The translations under genes and the position numbers were made by a program. This document shows, piece after piece, positions 38,300-52,199 of a stretch of DNA of 64,000 bases (the first letter of the stretch is position 1; every line of letters begins with the position of its first letter). Source of the stretch: Isurus oxyrinchus (lineage: Eukaryota); contig JANJGN010000021.1 in assembly GCA_026770705.1 (NCBI GenBank), positions 90,954,001-91,018,000 on the forward strand. The letters are read 5' to 3'. The notes under the pieces were generated by a model. The model was not told where the DNA came from and ran no database searches. It was given only the letters and a program-made list of their open reading frames with translations.

Positions 38300-39420
38300 C
38301 ATAGAATCATAGAATGGCCACAGCAATGAGGGAGACGATTCTTACAGTTGTGTGGACGCCAGCACTCTGAAAGAGCAAGTAAGCGAACCCCAGACTCCAA
38401 AACCTCTGCTGCCTCCCTGATACTTTATTTTCCTCAGTTGTTCATCCAATTTCCCATTGAAAGCCACGATTGAATTTCTATTTACCAGATGCTCACATTC
38501 CAGATCCTAAATAATGACTAATTTTAAAATAAATGTTTTTGTCTGGTCGCCGCTGTTTCTTTGCAATTCACCTTAAATGAGTTTCCTTTGGTTCTCCACC
38601 CTTCTGCCGGTGCAAACAATCCACATCTTTCTACAATACCTAGAACGCTCGATGATTTAAACACCTCTATCAAATCTCGCCATAAGCTTTTGTTCTCTAA
38701 GGAAAAGAATGCCAGCTTCTACAAACCATCTGAAACTAGCAATCTAACTGAAGGCTCTCACACCTAAAGCATTCCCATGAAACCTTCCTGCAACCGTTCT
38801 AAAATGTTCAGAACTTTTTTAAGTGTGGAGCAAAACCTGGGCCAAGGTCATGGCTGAAATTGAGCAAGAGTTTGATTTCTGCTCTATGTCTCTCTATGTG
38901 AGTCCAGGATCCTGTATGCCCTTTCTCAACCTGCGCTGCCACCTAGAGTGATTTATCTGCAGGCACTGTCAGGCCTCTCTATGTCTTGGCTCCCTTTGGA
39001 ATGTTATTCTCTGTTTTATGTTATCTCTCCTTCCGCACATCAAATTTTATAACTTCATACTTGTCTGCATTAAACTTCATCCGCCACGTGTCCGTCCATT
39101 CAACCAATTTTCCAGTGTAATTTGGAACACCCTCCGTTGCACATGTCACAATATTTCCAAGTTTTCAGTCATCAGCAAATGTGGAAATTATACTCTATAG
39201 GCCCATTTCTGGGACAATAACAAATATCAAGAAAAGCATTTGGATTCACATAGACCCATGGAAATCCTCAATGTGATCCTTCCTCGGGTCCAAAGAGCAA
39301 CTATTCATGCTACTCCCTGCTTCCCTCCAAACAACATTGTTTTTATTCCTTCTGCTGCTTTTTGTTTCATTTTGTAGGCTTTGACCTTGATGGAAATTCT
39401 ATTATATCCTGCGTAAAATC
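38300..39420 (-). mobile_element. Decayed CR1 LINE, RT to 3' end
   Basis: CATAGAATCATAGAAT tail; TCATCAGCAAAT (FADD reverse complement) at about 39170. Confidence 0.7.
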
Positions 39421-40010
39421 TCTAAAGTTCTTCTAACATACGAAGTAAATGGATATGTTGAATTGGATGTATTACAATTTTGAGACAGAAGAGCCTTCAG
39501 TTAGTGTTTGAACTAAACATGCAGCTGGAAATAATTGGTGCAATGCAGAAAATAATCTCGTTATTTCACAGAGCGAAGTACAAAAAAAACTGCAGTATAT
39601 GCCAATGACGCGAGATCCATCCCTCTATCGGCAGAGGTAGAATGCTGGGGATGCCTATTCGCCTTACTCCACGATGCAATTGTGGTCTAAACCATTGATT
39701 AAGTGAAATTCGAATAACGAGGACGCTACATGGAAGGAGAATCATGGCGGAGCACAATGTGCCACTGATGGAATTAGGGTAGGAGAGACATGTTTCAATT
39801 CTGGAGAACTGGAAACATGGAATTTTCCGCCCATTATAAGGTGCAGCAATGGAAAGGAGTATCTGGAAGGGCAAATATAGGATAACTGTTCGCTTTAACA
39901 GTTTTATGAGTAAACACACAAGCTTTGAAATAAGTTATTTTTTTCAGTTTTTGATATACTTCTTACAAGCAACATATTAAGAGTAGTGTTATTGTTATTG
40001 CTTCTTGCAG

Positions 40011-40037
40011 AAGACCAGCTGAAGCAAAAAACGGATG
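40011..40037 (+). CDS. Coiled-coil micro-exon B3, 27 nt, (E)DQLKQKTD
   Basis: TTATTGCTTCTTGCAG|aagaccag...acggatg|GTAAGA; phase 1-1; similar to B2 (ENLKQRE vs DQLKQKT). Confidence 0.8.
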
Positions 40038-40689
40038 GTAAGAATTGTTCGGGATAATATTACTTTTCCCAATGCTTCCGGCCTTCTACTGCCCTAAGGT
40101 TAAATTATTGATGTCTCTTCCATAAGGCTGTACTTTGTGTATACTGGCAATTTTATCCCTGATTGAGCCCCTCTGTGTTTTGTTGTGTCTAACAGCTGGA
40201 AGCAAGATTACTTTGCTCACTATCTACCTTTTGCACTTACTTTAGAGCTGTCGAAATTCATGTTAGGTGGGAGTGCAAAAGAGACAGCATCACGTCAGCC
40301 ACTCGTTATGCGCCTCACCCAATATCAATTTTTTGCAGCTATGTACACAGCGGGCATATAATGGGAAGAAATTGCAGTACCTTTCATGTTATGCTGCTGC
40401 CCTAGGCGAGTTTTCTTCACACAATTTCTTCAAGGTTTACCGATTCAGTTAATATTATTTACTTGACGAATAGATGCCAAAACCATTACACCGTGGCAAC
40501 CGTCAGTGCTGCATGTGTGTCCAGACAAACGTCTGTTGGAAGGTTAGCACCACAGAGACTTGACTATCCAATGGAGCATTGGTGAATGACGTATTGGTAT
40601 CACTTTAAAAGGGAAGAACTACAATGACGTAGATAAATGAACTTATCGAGTTGTATTCGCTATTTAAGCAATTGAAGTAGTGAAGCCTC

Positions 40690-41350
40690 GAATCAAGAGT
40701 GGACCTTTGCCCCATCCAGAAAAGAAAACAAAATAAATCCAATCTGACTAATCATTGCCCATCAGTCTATGATTACCAGTCAGTAAGCCAATGGATGGCG
40801 TCAGTCAAATTACCATCAAGCAGCAATTAATCAGCAATAACCTCCTCACCAATTCTCAGATCAGCTCCAGCCAGGACAATTCTGCTCCTGACATCTTTGC
40901 AGCCCTGGTCTAAACATGAACACGAAATACCTGAATTCCCAGAAGCAAATTAGCTTCACTACCCTAAATATCATGCAGCAGTTGAAGGGGCATTGCAGCA
41001 AGGAACTCTTGCATAATTAAAGTCAATGGGAATTCTGGGAACTCTCTATTGCTTGGAATCATAATTAGCAGAAAAGAGGATGGTTGTAGTTGTTCAGGGC
41101 CAATCTTCCCAGCTCTAAAACAACGAGCACAACCCCACAGGATGGTTTTCTTAGCTCTGTCATCTTCAGAGGCTTCACTAAGGACACTTCTTCTGACTAA
41201 GGTCAGAATCGGGATGCTCACAGATGATTGCACATATTCAATAGCATTCACAGCACCGCAGAGACTGAGGAACTACATGCCTACTTTGAGAAAGGTCTGG
41301 ACAAGATTCAAGCTCCGGCCGTTAAGTGGCAAGTCCTATTCACGCAGCAA
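40690..41350 (+). mobile_element. Decayed RT fragment of the second LINE family
   Basis: Collinear with 47150-47790 (AGCAATAACCTCCTCACC; GGGATGCTCACAGATGATTGCACA = MxxDDCT). Confidence 0.7.
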
Positions 41351-42299
41351 AAACATAGGCCATGTCAATCTTTTCTCAACTTCCGTTCATGAGACGTGGG
41401 TTTCGCTGGCAAGATCTGCATTTGTTGCTCATCTCTAATTACCATTGAACTTGATAGTCCATTTCAGAGGTCAGTTTGAAGTCAGTCACATTTCTATGGA
41501 TCTGGATGCACATTTAGACCTGACCAAGTGAATACATCAGATTTTCTTCCATTAAGGAAATGAGTGGACCAAATTGGTTTTTATGGTTTTTATGGTATTC
41601 CAATTTCATGCATCATTAGCAAGACTAGTTCTCAATTCTGGATATATATTTTTGAATTAAATAATCAAATTCCTTCCAATAAGCAAAAAATTGAGCTCTC
41701 TATCCTCAACGTTTAATAGCATTGCCACTGCTGAATCCAAGACAATGAACATCTTGAGGGTGAAATGTTTGCCGGAGTCCACATTAACCCTTGCAATAGA
41801 TGTAGAGTCTGTGGTGTGGAAAAATAGAACGTCTGGTGATAAGAATAATTGAAAAGGGTATTTTATTGCCATTAATTTTAGGAGCAGGTTATCAGGAGCT
41901 TTGTACATTCCTTCGCTCCCATAGATAGTCTAATGGCTGCCAGAGTGCATGGATTTTAGGAAGTGGTTGAGACAACTGTTCTTACTATCAGGAATAACAT
42001 TACTACAGTTAAACCTGGCATCAGGGTCTTCTAAGCATTGTGCACAGATAGCTTTATATATTATACATACAAAACAAAATGCACTAGCACAAGATAATAC
42101 CGTCCAAAGTCATCATAATATGACTTTTTGGTCTGGGCTTCGTAGGCTCTCGTTGGGTAAGCATTATTAAAGCAGAAAAAGGCACTTCTCAAGCATTAGT
42201 TTAGCTAAGATGAGTGCAAGCTCTTTCTCCAGCCTTCCATTACAAAATCACCAACCACAGAATTTACAAGTTCCAGATGGAAGTCTTTCATTAAGTAGA

Positions 42300-45150
42300 A
42301 GTAGCAGTGATCGTGACCATACTCAAGAAGAGAGACACATCAGGCTGCATCAATTCCAGAGGAGGCCCCCTGCTGTCTGCCACAAAGAAGATAATCACAA
42401 TGGTCCTATTCAATCGCCTCCCCGAGGTTCCCGCCAATCAAGTGACACCAGAGATTTAGGCCAAATCTTTCTTTTCCCAGAGGAAAAGATGTAGTCAGAA
42501 GATGTGCCAGGGTACCCCCTCTCAACACCATCCACTCCCGGATTTGCCCAAACACAGGTGCAATTACCCTGCAATTGGAAACCTCCAAGGCTCCGATTTG
42601 AAATTGGAGACCTTGGATGGTTCCAACTTACTTAGCAGAATAGTTACTCAGGAAAAGTTTGAAGAAATTGAAAACACTTTTAGCTTCTGTGTAATTGAGC
42701 TATTTAGCCACCCCACCCCCAAAATTACCCACTTACACCCGACTGCACCCGATCCCAGCTTCTAACCCTCATTCTGCGGACGATCCCCGACTGTGCGACC
42801 CGCCCCTCACATTCGACTACACCGCCACCCGCGTATATCATACCAGCCCCCCACCCGGAGCCCCAGAATCCTGACTACACAGGCCAAGCCCAGGACTATG
42901 CCCCCATCCCCCGAATATACAGTCATCCTAGACCCCCACTGGCCTGCCAAGTATACCCCCTCAGCCATCGACTACCCTGCAATCCTCACTCCAGACTACC
43001 CCCCAATTCTGGTAAATCCCAGACTCTCCAGACCAACAGACTATACCACAGACTCCGAATATACAATCATCACAGACCCCCGCTGACCACTCCACTACAA
43101 CCCCTCAGCCTTCGACTACCCATCAGTCCTCACTCCAGACTACCCCCAACCCCCATAAACCCCGACTCTCGTGACAACCTCATTATCCCCCAAGCCCCCA
43201 AAACACGCCCGAACACCCAATCTCCTGACAACCCCTGGACCAGCCGACTGCCGCACACTCCAAACCATGCTAACGCCCCAGCCCCTCGACACACCCTTGA
43301 CCACCCATTTCCCCCCTACCCTCGGACCCAAGACCAGCGGACTAGCCTACCCCCACCCCGAGGTGTCATTAAATCCCCGACTAAACTCCTCACCCCTCAG
43401 CTGCCTCCTCAATCAGAGAGCTCCCCACACAGACACACGCCAGTTGCCACCCAATCACGATCACCCTGCACACCCCAACAACTACCCCACCTTCCCCGAC
43501 TTCCCAGCCCCGACCACAATCATCTGACCCCAGCCTCACCAATCAGATCACCCAAAAACCCCAATCCTGTGTTGCGCTGCCCCTAACTAGCTTTCGTATC
43601 TCCCTAGCTTGTCAAAGTAGACGGGACAGTTAAACCTACCAGTGTGTGGCAGCCAGGGCCGTAAAAGGGTGCATGGCTTCGTTTCTCCAAACAGCAATAT
43701 TCCACAATGCGCAGCAGGGCTTTATCGGAATTCTAAGCGTGAGATTGCCAATCCGGCGTGACTGCCATTCCATGGGAGATTTCGCTTATGGCCTTCACTG
43801 TGAGGCAAATGCAAGATAAATGCAAGGAACAGTATCAAAAGTAAATGACCTTTTTCCAATAAACGAAAACCTTGACTCTGTGAACCATGAAGGTTTATGG
43901 AGAGCCCTTCTAAAATATTGTTGCCATTAAATATCTGTCACTATCCTGTGCCTTCCCCACGATAACATGCAATAGGTGACCCTCAGCAATGGAACCAGCA
44001 CAGACCTTGTTTAATTGAAGACTGGGGCCAAGCATGTTTGTGTCATCATACATCCAGTAATACTGTACCTTACCTCCAGCACATTATCAACACGTGCGGA
44101 TATAAACTACATAACTGCACAACTTTCATCACCTTCAATCGAAAAAGCTAAATTTAGTCAATAGTAGGGGTTAAATTTCAGTATGGCAGTTGATGCTTTT
44201 GTATGTGCTTTCTCTAAAAGTGTGCTTCATGTGATTGTCGACACCTTTTCCAAAGCATCTGAGAAAATTGACTTTTCACTAAAAACGGAAAACGAGGCTT
44301 CTCCTCCAACAAGCTCCCACAGCACAGTGCCTTCCCTCAATGATCAATATCAATGGTGAGCTTCTAGAAAATGTGAACGAATTTTCCCAATCTTGGGAGC
44401 TTCCACTCAACGAAGATAGACGTGGCTGACAAAATTCCTCATCCTCTCCAAGGTGACAGCTAAGCCTTCGGCCAAAATGATGAAATGCATATTTGAGGGC
44501 CAGATTCTAAAACTCAGGGCTAAGGGGATAGTTTATTGGACAGCTGTGATCCCCATACTCCTAAATGATGTAGGATCTTGAAAAGAGCGACTCTTGGAGG
44601 CACATCAGCGCAATGGAAGAGTACCACCAGCAGTGCCTTCGCATGCTTTCCCAAATCCAGTGGCAAAATAGGAGGTCCAACAACAATGTCATCTTCCGAG
44701 CCAACGTGCCTAACATCAAGTGCTTCACCGGTCAAAGCCAACTCGCCTGGACAGAACATGTCATTCACTTTCCAGACAAAAGTCACCCGAAGGAGTCCCC
44801 AGGTGAACAGCAGAAATGCATTAGGAAAGTCACCAAAACATTCCTGAAGAGAACAAACATCCCCGCCTGGAAGCCCCTGGAGTGTGACAGATGAAAATAA
44901 AGAAGGATCATTCTGGAAGATACGAAACACATCGGACACTTTGATGGGAGCAAGCAGGGGCGAAGCCAAGGCATTAGAGATAACTCACAAACCTCCAAAT
45001 ACCCTGATCTATCGATACTTCAAGCACCACCTGCCTCACATGAGGCAGCGTATGCAGATCGCAAATTGCACTTCATATCCGTCTCAGAACCCATGGAATC
45101 AAACTGGAAGCAAGTCATCCTCGATCCCTAGAGATTGTCTAAGAAGGAAA
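42300..45150 (+). mobile_element. Decayed RTE-clade LINE interrupted by an insertion of about 1.3 kb
   Basis: LLSATKKIITMVLFNRLP; MAFTVRQMQDKCKEQ; HDNMQxVTLSNG...KTGAKHVCV; LEEYHQQCLRMLSQIQWQNRRSN; C-terminal CPHC/CRS-like zinc-finger remnant. Confidence 0.8.
42710..43565. repeat. C-rich degenerate minisatellite inside a MITE-like insertion
   Basis: Recurrent CCCGACTAC/CCAGACTACCCC units; a higher-order repeat of about 144 bp at 42911 and 43055. Confidence 0.75.
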
Positions 45151-45749
45151 GGTAGCGGGTTTGGGCTTCGAGAGAAAAATATTATAGATACAAGCCCCTG
45201 GCATGCTCCGATGTAGTGATGGGTGAATCAACGCATAAGAGAGCATCAATATGCAACAATATATGACTATATACATCAATATGAATTATTTTTTCTTCTT
45301 CACAGCAACTGACATTTTTCTTGGTCTACCCCTCACTCAATACCCTCACTCCACTCCAACTACCGACCTCTGGCACCCATGTTACCATGCTCCAACACCA
45401 TAACATCCTATTTTATTCTTAATACCATGTGGAGCTGAAAGCACCCACAACTCAGCATCAGTTGATGCAGAACACAATAAGAGGATGAGGGGGCTATTTT
45501 ATTCTTAGTCGTTCTGTGTGCACGTTGGCGTATAAATGCATTTCCCCCGTCATATGCCTCCAATTTCTGACTTATTTTTACTCCAGTGCAGTTTTTTTTT
45601 ATCCACGGAACATGGTGCTGCACAGGTGGTGGTGAAAGATAAAGTGACTTAGACACTTGAACTGCTTAAGGTTGCTAAGGGACATGTTTTAGAATATGGA
45701 GTTATCTGTATTTAGAGTTGATGAAGCAATCGAACCTGAAGTGTAGTGA

Positions 45750-48730
45750 TGAAGTTGAGAGTAGAAGACTTTGGAAACACTGCCCATAATTTTCCAAACT
45801 CCCACAGAGTCAGGGGTAGTGCCAGAGTGCTGAAGAATCATTCAGAAAATTATGTAATGATAAGCCCAGAAGTCCAATCAACGAGGTGGGGAAGCTTATA
45901 GAAATGATCATTTGGGGCAAAATTAAAAATCGCTTAAATATATGCGGGGTGATTAATGACAACCAGCACAGGTTTTTTTTAAGGAAATGTCTTGTTTAAA
46001 TAACTTTCTGGAACGTTATGATGAGGTAACCAGAATAGCTGTTGAGGGTAATGCTGTTGATGTGATGTACGTCGACTTCCAGAAGGCATTTTATGAAGTG
46101 CTGCACAGCAGATATGGGGGAAAAATTATAACTCGTGGAATAAATGAGACTTTACCAATGTTGATACGAAATTGGCTCAGTGACAGGAAAAGCGAAGTAG
46201 CGATGTTTTTTTCAGACTACAAGAAGGTATGTAATGGTGGGCTCAGGGGGCTGGTGTCAGCACTTTTGTTCTTCCTGATATATATTAATGACATATTGGT
46301 GTAAAGGGCACAATTTCAGAATTTGCGATTGATACAAAATTTGAAAAAATTGTGAAATGCGCTAGTAGTATAAAACCTCAAAGGACATACACAACTTGGT
46401 GTAATGCGCAGGCGAGTGGCAGATGGCATTTACTGCGCAAAGGTGTGATTTTGATACGAAGGACATGGAGAGACAATAGAAAATGAAGGGTAAAATGTTA
46501 ATCAGGGAGCTGAAGCAGGGAGTCCTGCGTATAAGGTCGGATAAATCATTTAAGATGGCAGGACATGCTGAGGGGACAGTTAATAAGCATACCACATCAT
46601 AGGCTTTACTGCTATGGGCATAGCATATAAAAACAAGGAAGTAATGTTCTTATAGAAAAACTGTTAGACCTCAAATTAAGTACTGCATCCAGTTTGGGAT
46701 ACACAAATTCAGGGCAAATGTGAAGGCATTAGAGTGAAATTGTCCAAAGAATGTTAAACTTCAGTTAAGTAGGTGAATTAGAGAATTTGAGACTGCTCTC
46801 CATGAAGAGATTAAAAGGAAATTTGATAAAAGTATTCAAAAGCATGAGCGAATGAGCGGATTGGAGAGATTAGGTAGGAAAACATGTTCCCATTGACAGA
46901 TAGATCAAGAACAAGAGGAGCTCATTTTGGGCAATTAACAAGAAAAGCAATAACGACTTGATAGAAAACTGTTTTCACATATGATTAGGATCTGGAACAT
47001 ATTGCCTGAGACTGTGGTGCAGGTGGGGTTAAGGGGACATTACATCGTAATGTAGGCAATAGTACTGAAGACTTGGGCTCCAGAACTTGCTGTGCCCCTA
47101 ACCAAGCTGCTGTAGTACAGCTACAACACTGGCATCAACACGCCTTTGTGGAAAGTTGCCCAGGTATTTCCTGTACACAGAAATCAGGGCAAATCCAAAC
47201 CATCCAATTACCGCCCAATCAGTTTACTCTCGATCATGACTAAAGTAATGGAACAGGCCATCAACAGTGCTATCAAGCGGCACTTGCTTAGCAATAACCT
47301 GCTCACTGACATACAGTTTGGGTTCTGCCAGGGCCACTCAGCTCCTCACCTCATTACAGCCTTGGTTCAAACATGGACAAAAGAGCTGAGATCAAAGTGT
47401 CTGCCCTTGGCATCAAGGCAGCAATTGACTAAATTTGGCATCAAGGAGTCCCAGCAAAACTGGAGTCAATGGGAATCAGGGGGGAAACTCTCAGCTGATT
47501 GGAGCCATACCTAACACAAAGGAAAATGGTTGTGGTTGTTGGAGATTAGTCATTTCAGCGCCAGGACATCACCATAGTAGTTTCCCAGGTTAGTGTTCTC
47601 GGTCCAACCATCTTCAGCTGCTTCATCAATGACCTTCCTTCATCATAAGGTCAAGGTGGGGTTGTTTGCTGAAGATTGCACAATGTTCAGCACCATTCAC
47701 GACTCCTCAGATACTGAAACAGTCCATGTCCAAATGCAGCAAGACCTGGACAATATCTAGGTTTGTGCTGACAAGTGGCAAGTAACATTCACGCCACACA
47801 AGCGTCAGGCATTGACTATCTCCAACAAGGGAAAATCTAACCATCACCTCCTGAGGTTCAATTGCATTACCATCAGTGAATCCCCCACTATCAACATACT
47901 GTGAGTTACCATTGACCAGAAGCTGAACTGGGCCAGCCACATAAAGTGGCTACAAGAGAGGGTCAGAGTTTAGGAATCGTGTGACGAGTGAATCATCTCC
48001 TGATTCCCCAAATCCTGCCCATCATCTACAAGGCACAAGTCAGGAATGTCAAGGAATATCCTCCAATTGGCTGGATAAGTGCAGCTCCCATAACACTCAA
48101 GAAGCTTGATGCCACCCAGGCCAAAGCAGCTCAGTTGATTGGCAACTCCTCTACAAACATTCATTCCCTCCAGCACTGACGCAGAGTAGCAGCAGAGTGT
48201 ACCATCTACCAGATACACTGTCGAAATTCACCAAGGCTCCATCGACAGCACTTTCCAAACGCAAGGCCACTACCACCTAGAAGGACTAGGGCAGCAGACA
48301 GATGGGAACACCATCACTTGGAAGTTCCCCTCCCCCAAGTTATTCACCATCATGATTTGGAAATACATCACTGTTTCTTCACTGTCGCTGGGCCAAAATT
48401 CTGGAACTCCCTTCCTGTTGAGAAATGTTGAACATTGGGTGTATCTACACCACATGGACTGCAGTAGTTCAAGAAGCCAGCTCATCATCACCTTCTCAAG
48501 GGCAACTAGGAATGGACAATTAATGCTGACCCAACCACCGAAGCCCACACCCCATGAATGAATAAAAACTGACAAAAAGGTGAGTTGAATTTTTATCTGA
48601 AAAGAAATAATGTGCAGGGCTACGTAGAGAAGGGTGGGATGTAGAAAGTAAATTGCTTTAACAGAGATCCAGTGCAAACACGACTGGCAGAATGCCCCCC
48701 ATCTGTGCTGTAACAATGGCCTGATACTAT
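45750..48730 (+). mobile_element. Decayed CR1 LINE RT (45750-47030, 3' end resuming at about 48575-48730)
   Basis: KSCLNNFLERYDEVT...VDVMYVDFQKAFYEV...IRNWLSDRK...FLIYINDI. Confidence 0.85.
47055..48570 (+). mobile_element. Second LINE family (CR1/L2 group), RT to 3' end, nested in CR1
   Basis: WKVAQVFPVHRNQGKSKPSNYRPISLLSIMTKVME...QFGFCQGHSAPHLITALVQTW; PTIFSCFINDLP; tail CCCATGAATGAATAAAAA. Confidence 0.9.
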
Positions 48731-50147
48731 AATTTATTTTATTCGCTCTCTCTCTCTCTCTCCATCTCAATCCTCCGTGAACCTTATTTCTCCTCAGCCA
48801 TGTTTTATCCGGTGCCCATCTAACTGTCACATGACTATGAAGAGGACTTTGGTTCGAATTCAGTTAGAGAAATAATCTATTCACCTTTAATTGGCCCCTT
48901 CTTTCCCAAAAGTGATGACGATCTGCGCCCCTTCCTCCTCTATCATTTCATCAGCCATGTATTAACCCGTGTTTTCCTTTATTTTCTATACTTGCGTTCA
49001 TGTGACACTGGGTTAAACTCATAGAAAATCATCTTATAGGTTCTGCTTTTTAGTTTCCTCCTTAACTCTTGTGACACTGATTTCAGTACCTCAATATTCA
49101 ACGTTGTGATTAAGTGACCATCTTTGACCTAATAATGCAACCACACACTGCTGATTTGCTAAATATCCGGAGAGTTCCATGGTAAGCATGTAAATCGATA
49201 TAATTTAAGGAATTTCATCACTTTTCATAGGCACAAACTAGTTAGCTTTCTTAGTTAAAATGGATTTCAGGTCTTCCTAGAAAGCAAACACATTATTGGC
49301 ACCATTTCAGGTGGAAATGCATCCTACTCAGGTAGTGAATATAGAGAAATCCAGGCAAATCTCCCATTCCTTCTTAATTCCTTGGGGTGAATATTTGTGC
49401 TTCAACAGTGTTCAGTCTTCGCCAAAACCAACATGGGTAGCAGAATCTCAGAATTGATTGAGCAAGGAATCGAAATAGTAAGTAAGGGAGAATGATCACA
49501 TTTGAAAATATATGGCGGCTTTGCAACACAGCATATTAATAAAAATAAGAATATCTACACGCAAGGGAGAAGTTAAAGTACGTAACTCAAAAAACTTGCC
49601 ATTTTACTAAATACTGGAATAGCAAAAAGGAAATGGAAGATTGAGAATAAAGAAGCTAGGTGGCCATTGGAAGGTTTATTCAAATTAATTAGAGGATCTT
49701 ATTTTAATCACATTCTCCCTTTACCGATTTTTATTAACAAGTCAAACTAACGTTTCTGAAATTATTTAATTTTAATCTCATAATTCATTTAAGTTTTCAA
49801 GCTAATTTTATTTTTCTTGTAGATACCTGTGCTGATCTGTTGTTTGTAATATCTTGTCTCTGTGTGTGTGTTTTTTTTTTGCTGAGATATTGTGGTAATG
49901 GGAAAAAACTGCAGAATTTCTCGAAACCATTATTAAACAATCTTGAAAGAAGGCCTATTTGTGAAGGAATACTTTCCATTTAAGTCAAATCACATGAATG
50001 TTTTAATAATGAGCAGAACCAATAGAGCAATCAATGAAAAAGAGAACAAAAATATTTGATTCTCTGTAATGTTCATGTATTACAATGAAAGCCAAATGTA
50101 GATATAATCCCAGAATTTAAAACAATATACATATTCTCTATTTCCAG

Positions 50148-50171
50148 AATTGAACAAATGTCAAGAAACAG
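50148..50171 (+). CDS. Coiled-coil micro-exon A4, 24 nt, (E)LNKCQET
   Basis: TTCTCTATTTCCAG|aattgaacaaatgtcaagaaacag|GTGAGG; phase 1-1. Confidence 0.8.
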
Positions 50172-50999
50172 GTGAGGAAATCTTTCATATCAGGGTTATT
50201 ACGAGTATATCGATTCTGACCAATTTTGTAGACCAAACGTTAGAAGGTTTGATTTTCATGAGTTTCAAGACTTAAATTTTTGGCAATATAAGCTTTGTTG
50301 TAACCTGAACCCCTTCGTGGTAATAATTACATAATACTCACAATTTAATCCTTTATGAAACTAACAATAACATATGCTGCACAGAAATTCGGAACTCACG
50401 TAAAATGGATCATTTGGATCAACTGATCGTTATACACGTAGTCTGTTATTCGGTTCCATTAATTAGAGGTAAGGCGCCTGATCGATGTTTTTTTTTAACT
50501 AAGAGTAACATTATTTTCTCAAGATGCAATTAATAAATTCGCAAACAAATTGCAAATCTCGTCGACTCGATTGATCAAGTGAGTTATGGGTTACCATTCC
50601 TATGGTGACGCATGCCGCCAAACTTGATAATAGAGGCTCCTAAAATTGAAAAAAATTGTTCATTTTTTTCCAAAGTATTGAATCATGCTATTTCCAGAAA
50701 ACCACTTAGAATTCAAATGATTGACTTGTAATTGTAACACATTATGTTACACTGTGGCGTTTGTTCGGTTGTCTTTGGGAGACACGGGGGCACTTTGCAT
50801 GTCTGGATCAATTTTTGAGACACCATTAAATTCCGGTAAGTTGAGAGATAATTGCCTGTAAGAGGCTCCTTACTGAGCCAATTGTGTCGAGCTGGCCCTG
50901 CCCCAAATTAAATTGGGGACGAAGTCCTGACTGCAGAATAGGAAGTGAGAACTCCCGCACAATTGTCCCCACCTGCCCACACCATACACTCCTGACCAA

Positions 51000-52165
51000 T
51001 CTGGCAACATGCCCACGCTGATAGTCTCCACTAAATTCAACTCTCTGGCTTCAAGGACTTAACCAATTCGCTTTTGAAAGTTATTATTGAATATGTTTGT
51101 AGTCGCAATTTTGAACAGTGCAATCCAGATCACAACAACTCACTCTGTTAAAAAAAATCCTCACGTTTTTTTTTTATTTTTCTCTAGTTCTTTTTGTTAT
51201 GTGCTAAAAATATGTCCTCTGGTACCCACGATTTCCGTTTCGAAAACAGCTTTGGTTCAATTAATTTATCAAACCCGTTGACCATTTGTAACATCTCGAT
51301 CAAATTTCCCATTAATATTATCACCTCTAAAGAGAAAACTTACAGCGCCTCGGGTCTTTCTACAAAACTAAACTTTGCCAGCTCTGTTCCCATGCTAGTC
51401 AAATGCTGCTGTCCCAACTCGAAGGCTTTGATTTCCTCCCTAAATTCTGGGTCAGAGGCTGAACACAATACTTCAGCTGAGGCCTAGCCAATTTTATACA
51501 AAGTTTTACAATAATTTTCAGTCTTTGACACACTATCCCCCTATTACTCAATCTAAAGAACTCATAGACATTTTATAAAAGCTGTCTCAAACTCTTCTGC
51601 CATTTTCAAAGCTGAGCTCAGGTCTTGGATTTCCTGCACCAAATTTTCTTTAAAATTATACTACCTACTTCATGATGTCCCTCATCATACCTTACAAACA
51701 TATTGTATGACTTCACACTTACCTGAGGTAAATATCATCTAGATTGTGATTTCCATTTCACCAATTAGCTTAATATCAATCCCTGGCAACACCACCATTG
51801 TTTACATCCCTCCAAATAGAAATAAAAACTTCCTACTACGCTACTCTCCACATTTGTTTCTTCAACCAATTCATTGGCTGTGCTGTCATTCTCTATTTAC
51901 TCCCATTCGTTCAAATTTTGCTTTAACATCTATTGTGTGCTAATTTTTCAAACATATTTGAACATCCCTACATATAAACCTCAGTTTCCTCAAAAAAGCT
52001 TCATAATACTTCATCAAAGAAGGTGAATTAAACAGAGTCTGTCTTTAACAATTTGCTACTGATAAATTTGATCTGGATTATTTTCTCTAAAATTTTCCCT
52101 CCACCGGCCATAGGTTGTCTGGTTAATAATTGCCAGGTTCATGCCTTTCTCTTCCTTTGAAAAAT
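51000..52165 (-). mobile_element. Decayed CR1 LINE
   Basis: CAATACTTCAGCTGAGGCCTAGCCAAT (LxRPQLKY reverse complement); TTAACCAATTCGCTTTTGAAAG 3' region. Confidence 0.7.
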
Positions 52166-52199
52166 TGCATTCAGTTTATGCTCATTTAGCCCTCTATAA

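Noticed and set aside
45306-45323. 18-nt candidate after TTTTTTCTTCTTCACAG
   Set aside because: Donor GTCTAC is very weak; the peptide ATDIFL does not fit the pattern.
49823-49845. Candidate exon after TTTTTCTTGTAG with donor GTAATA
   Set aside because: 23 nt, frameshifting, and not coiled-coil in composition.
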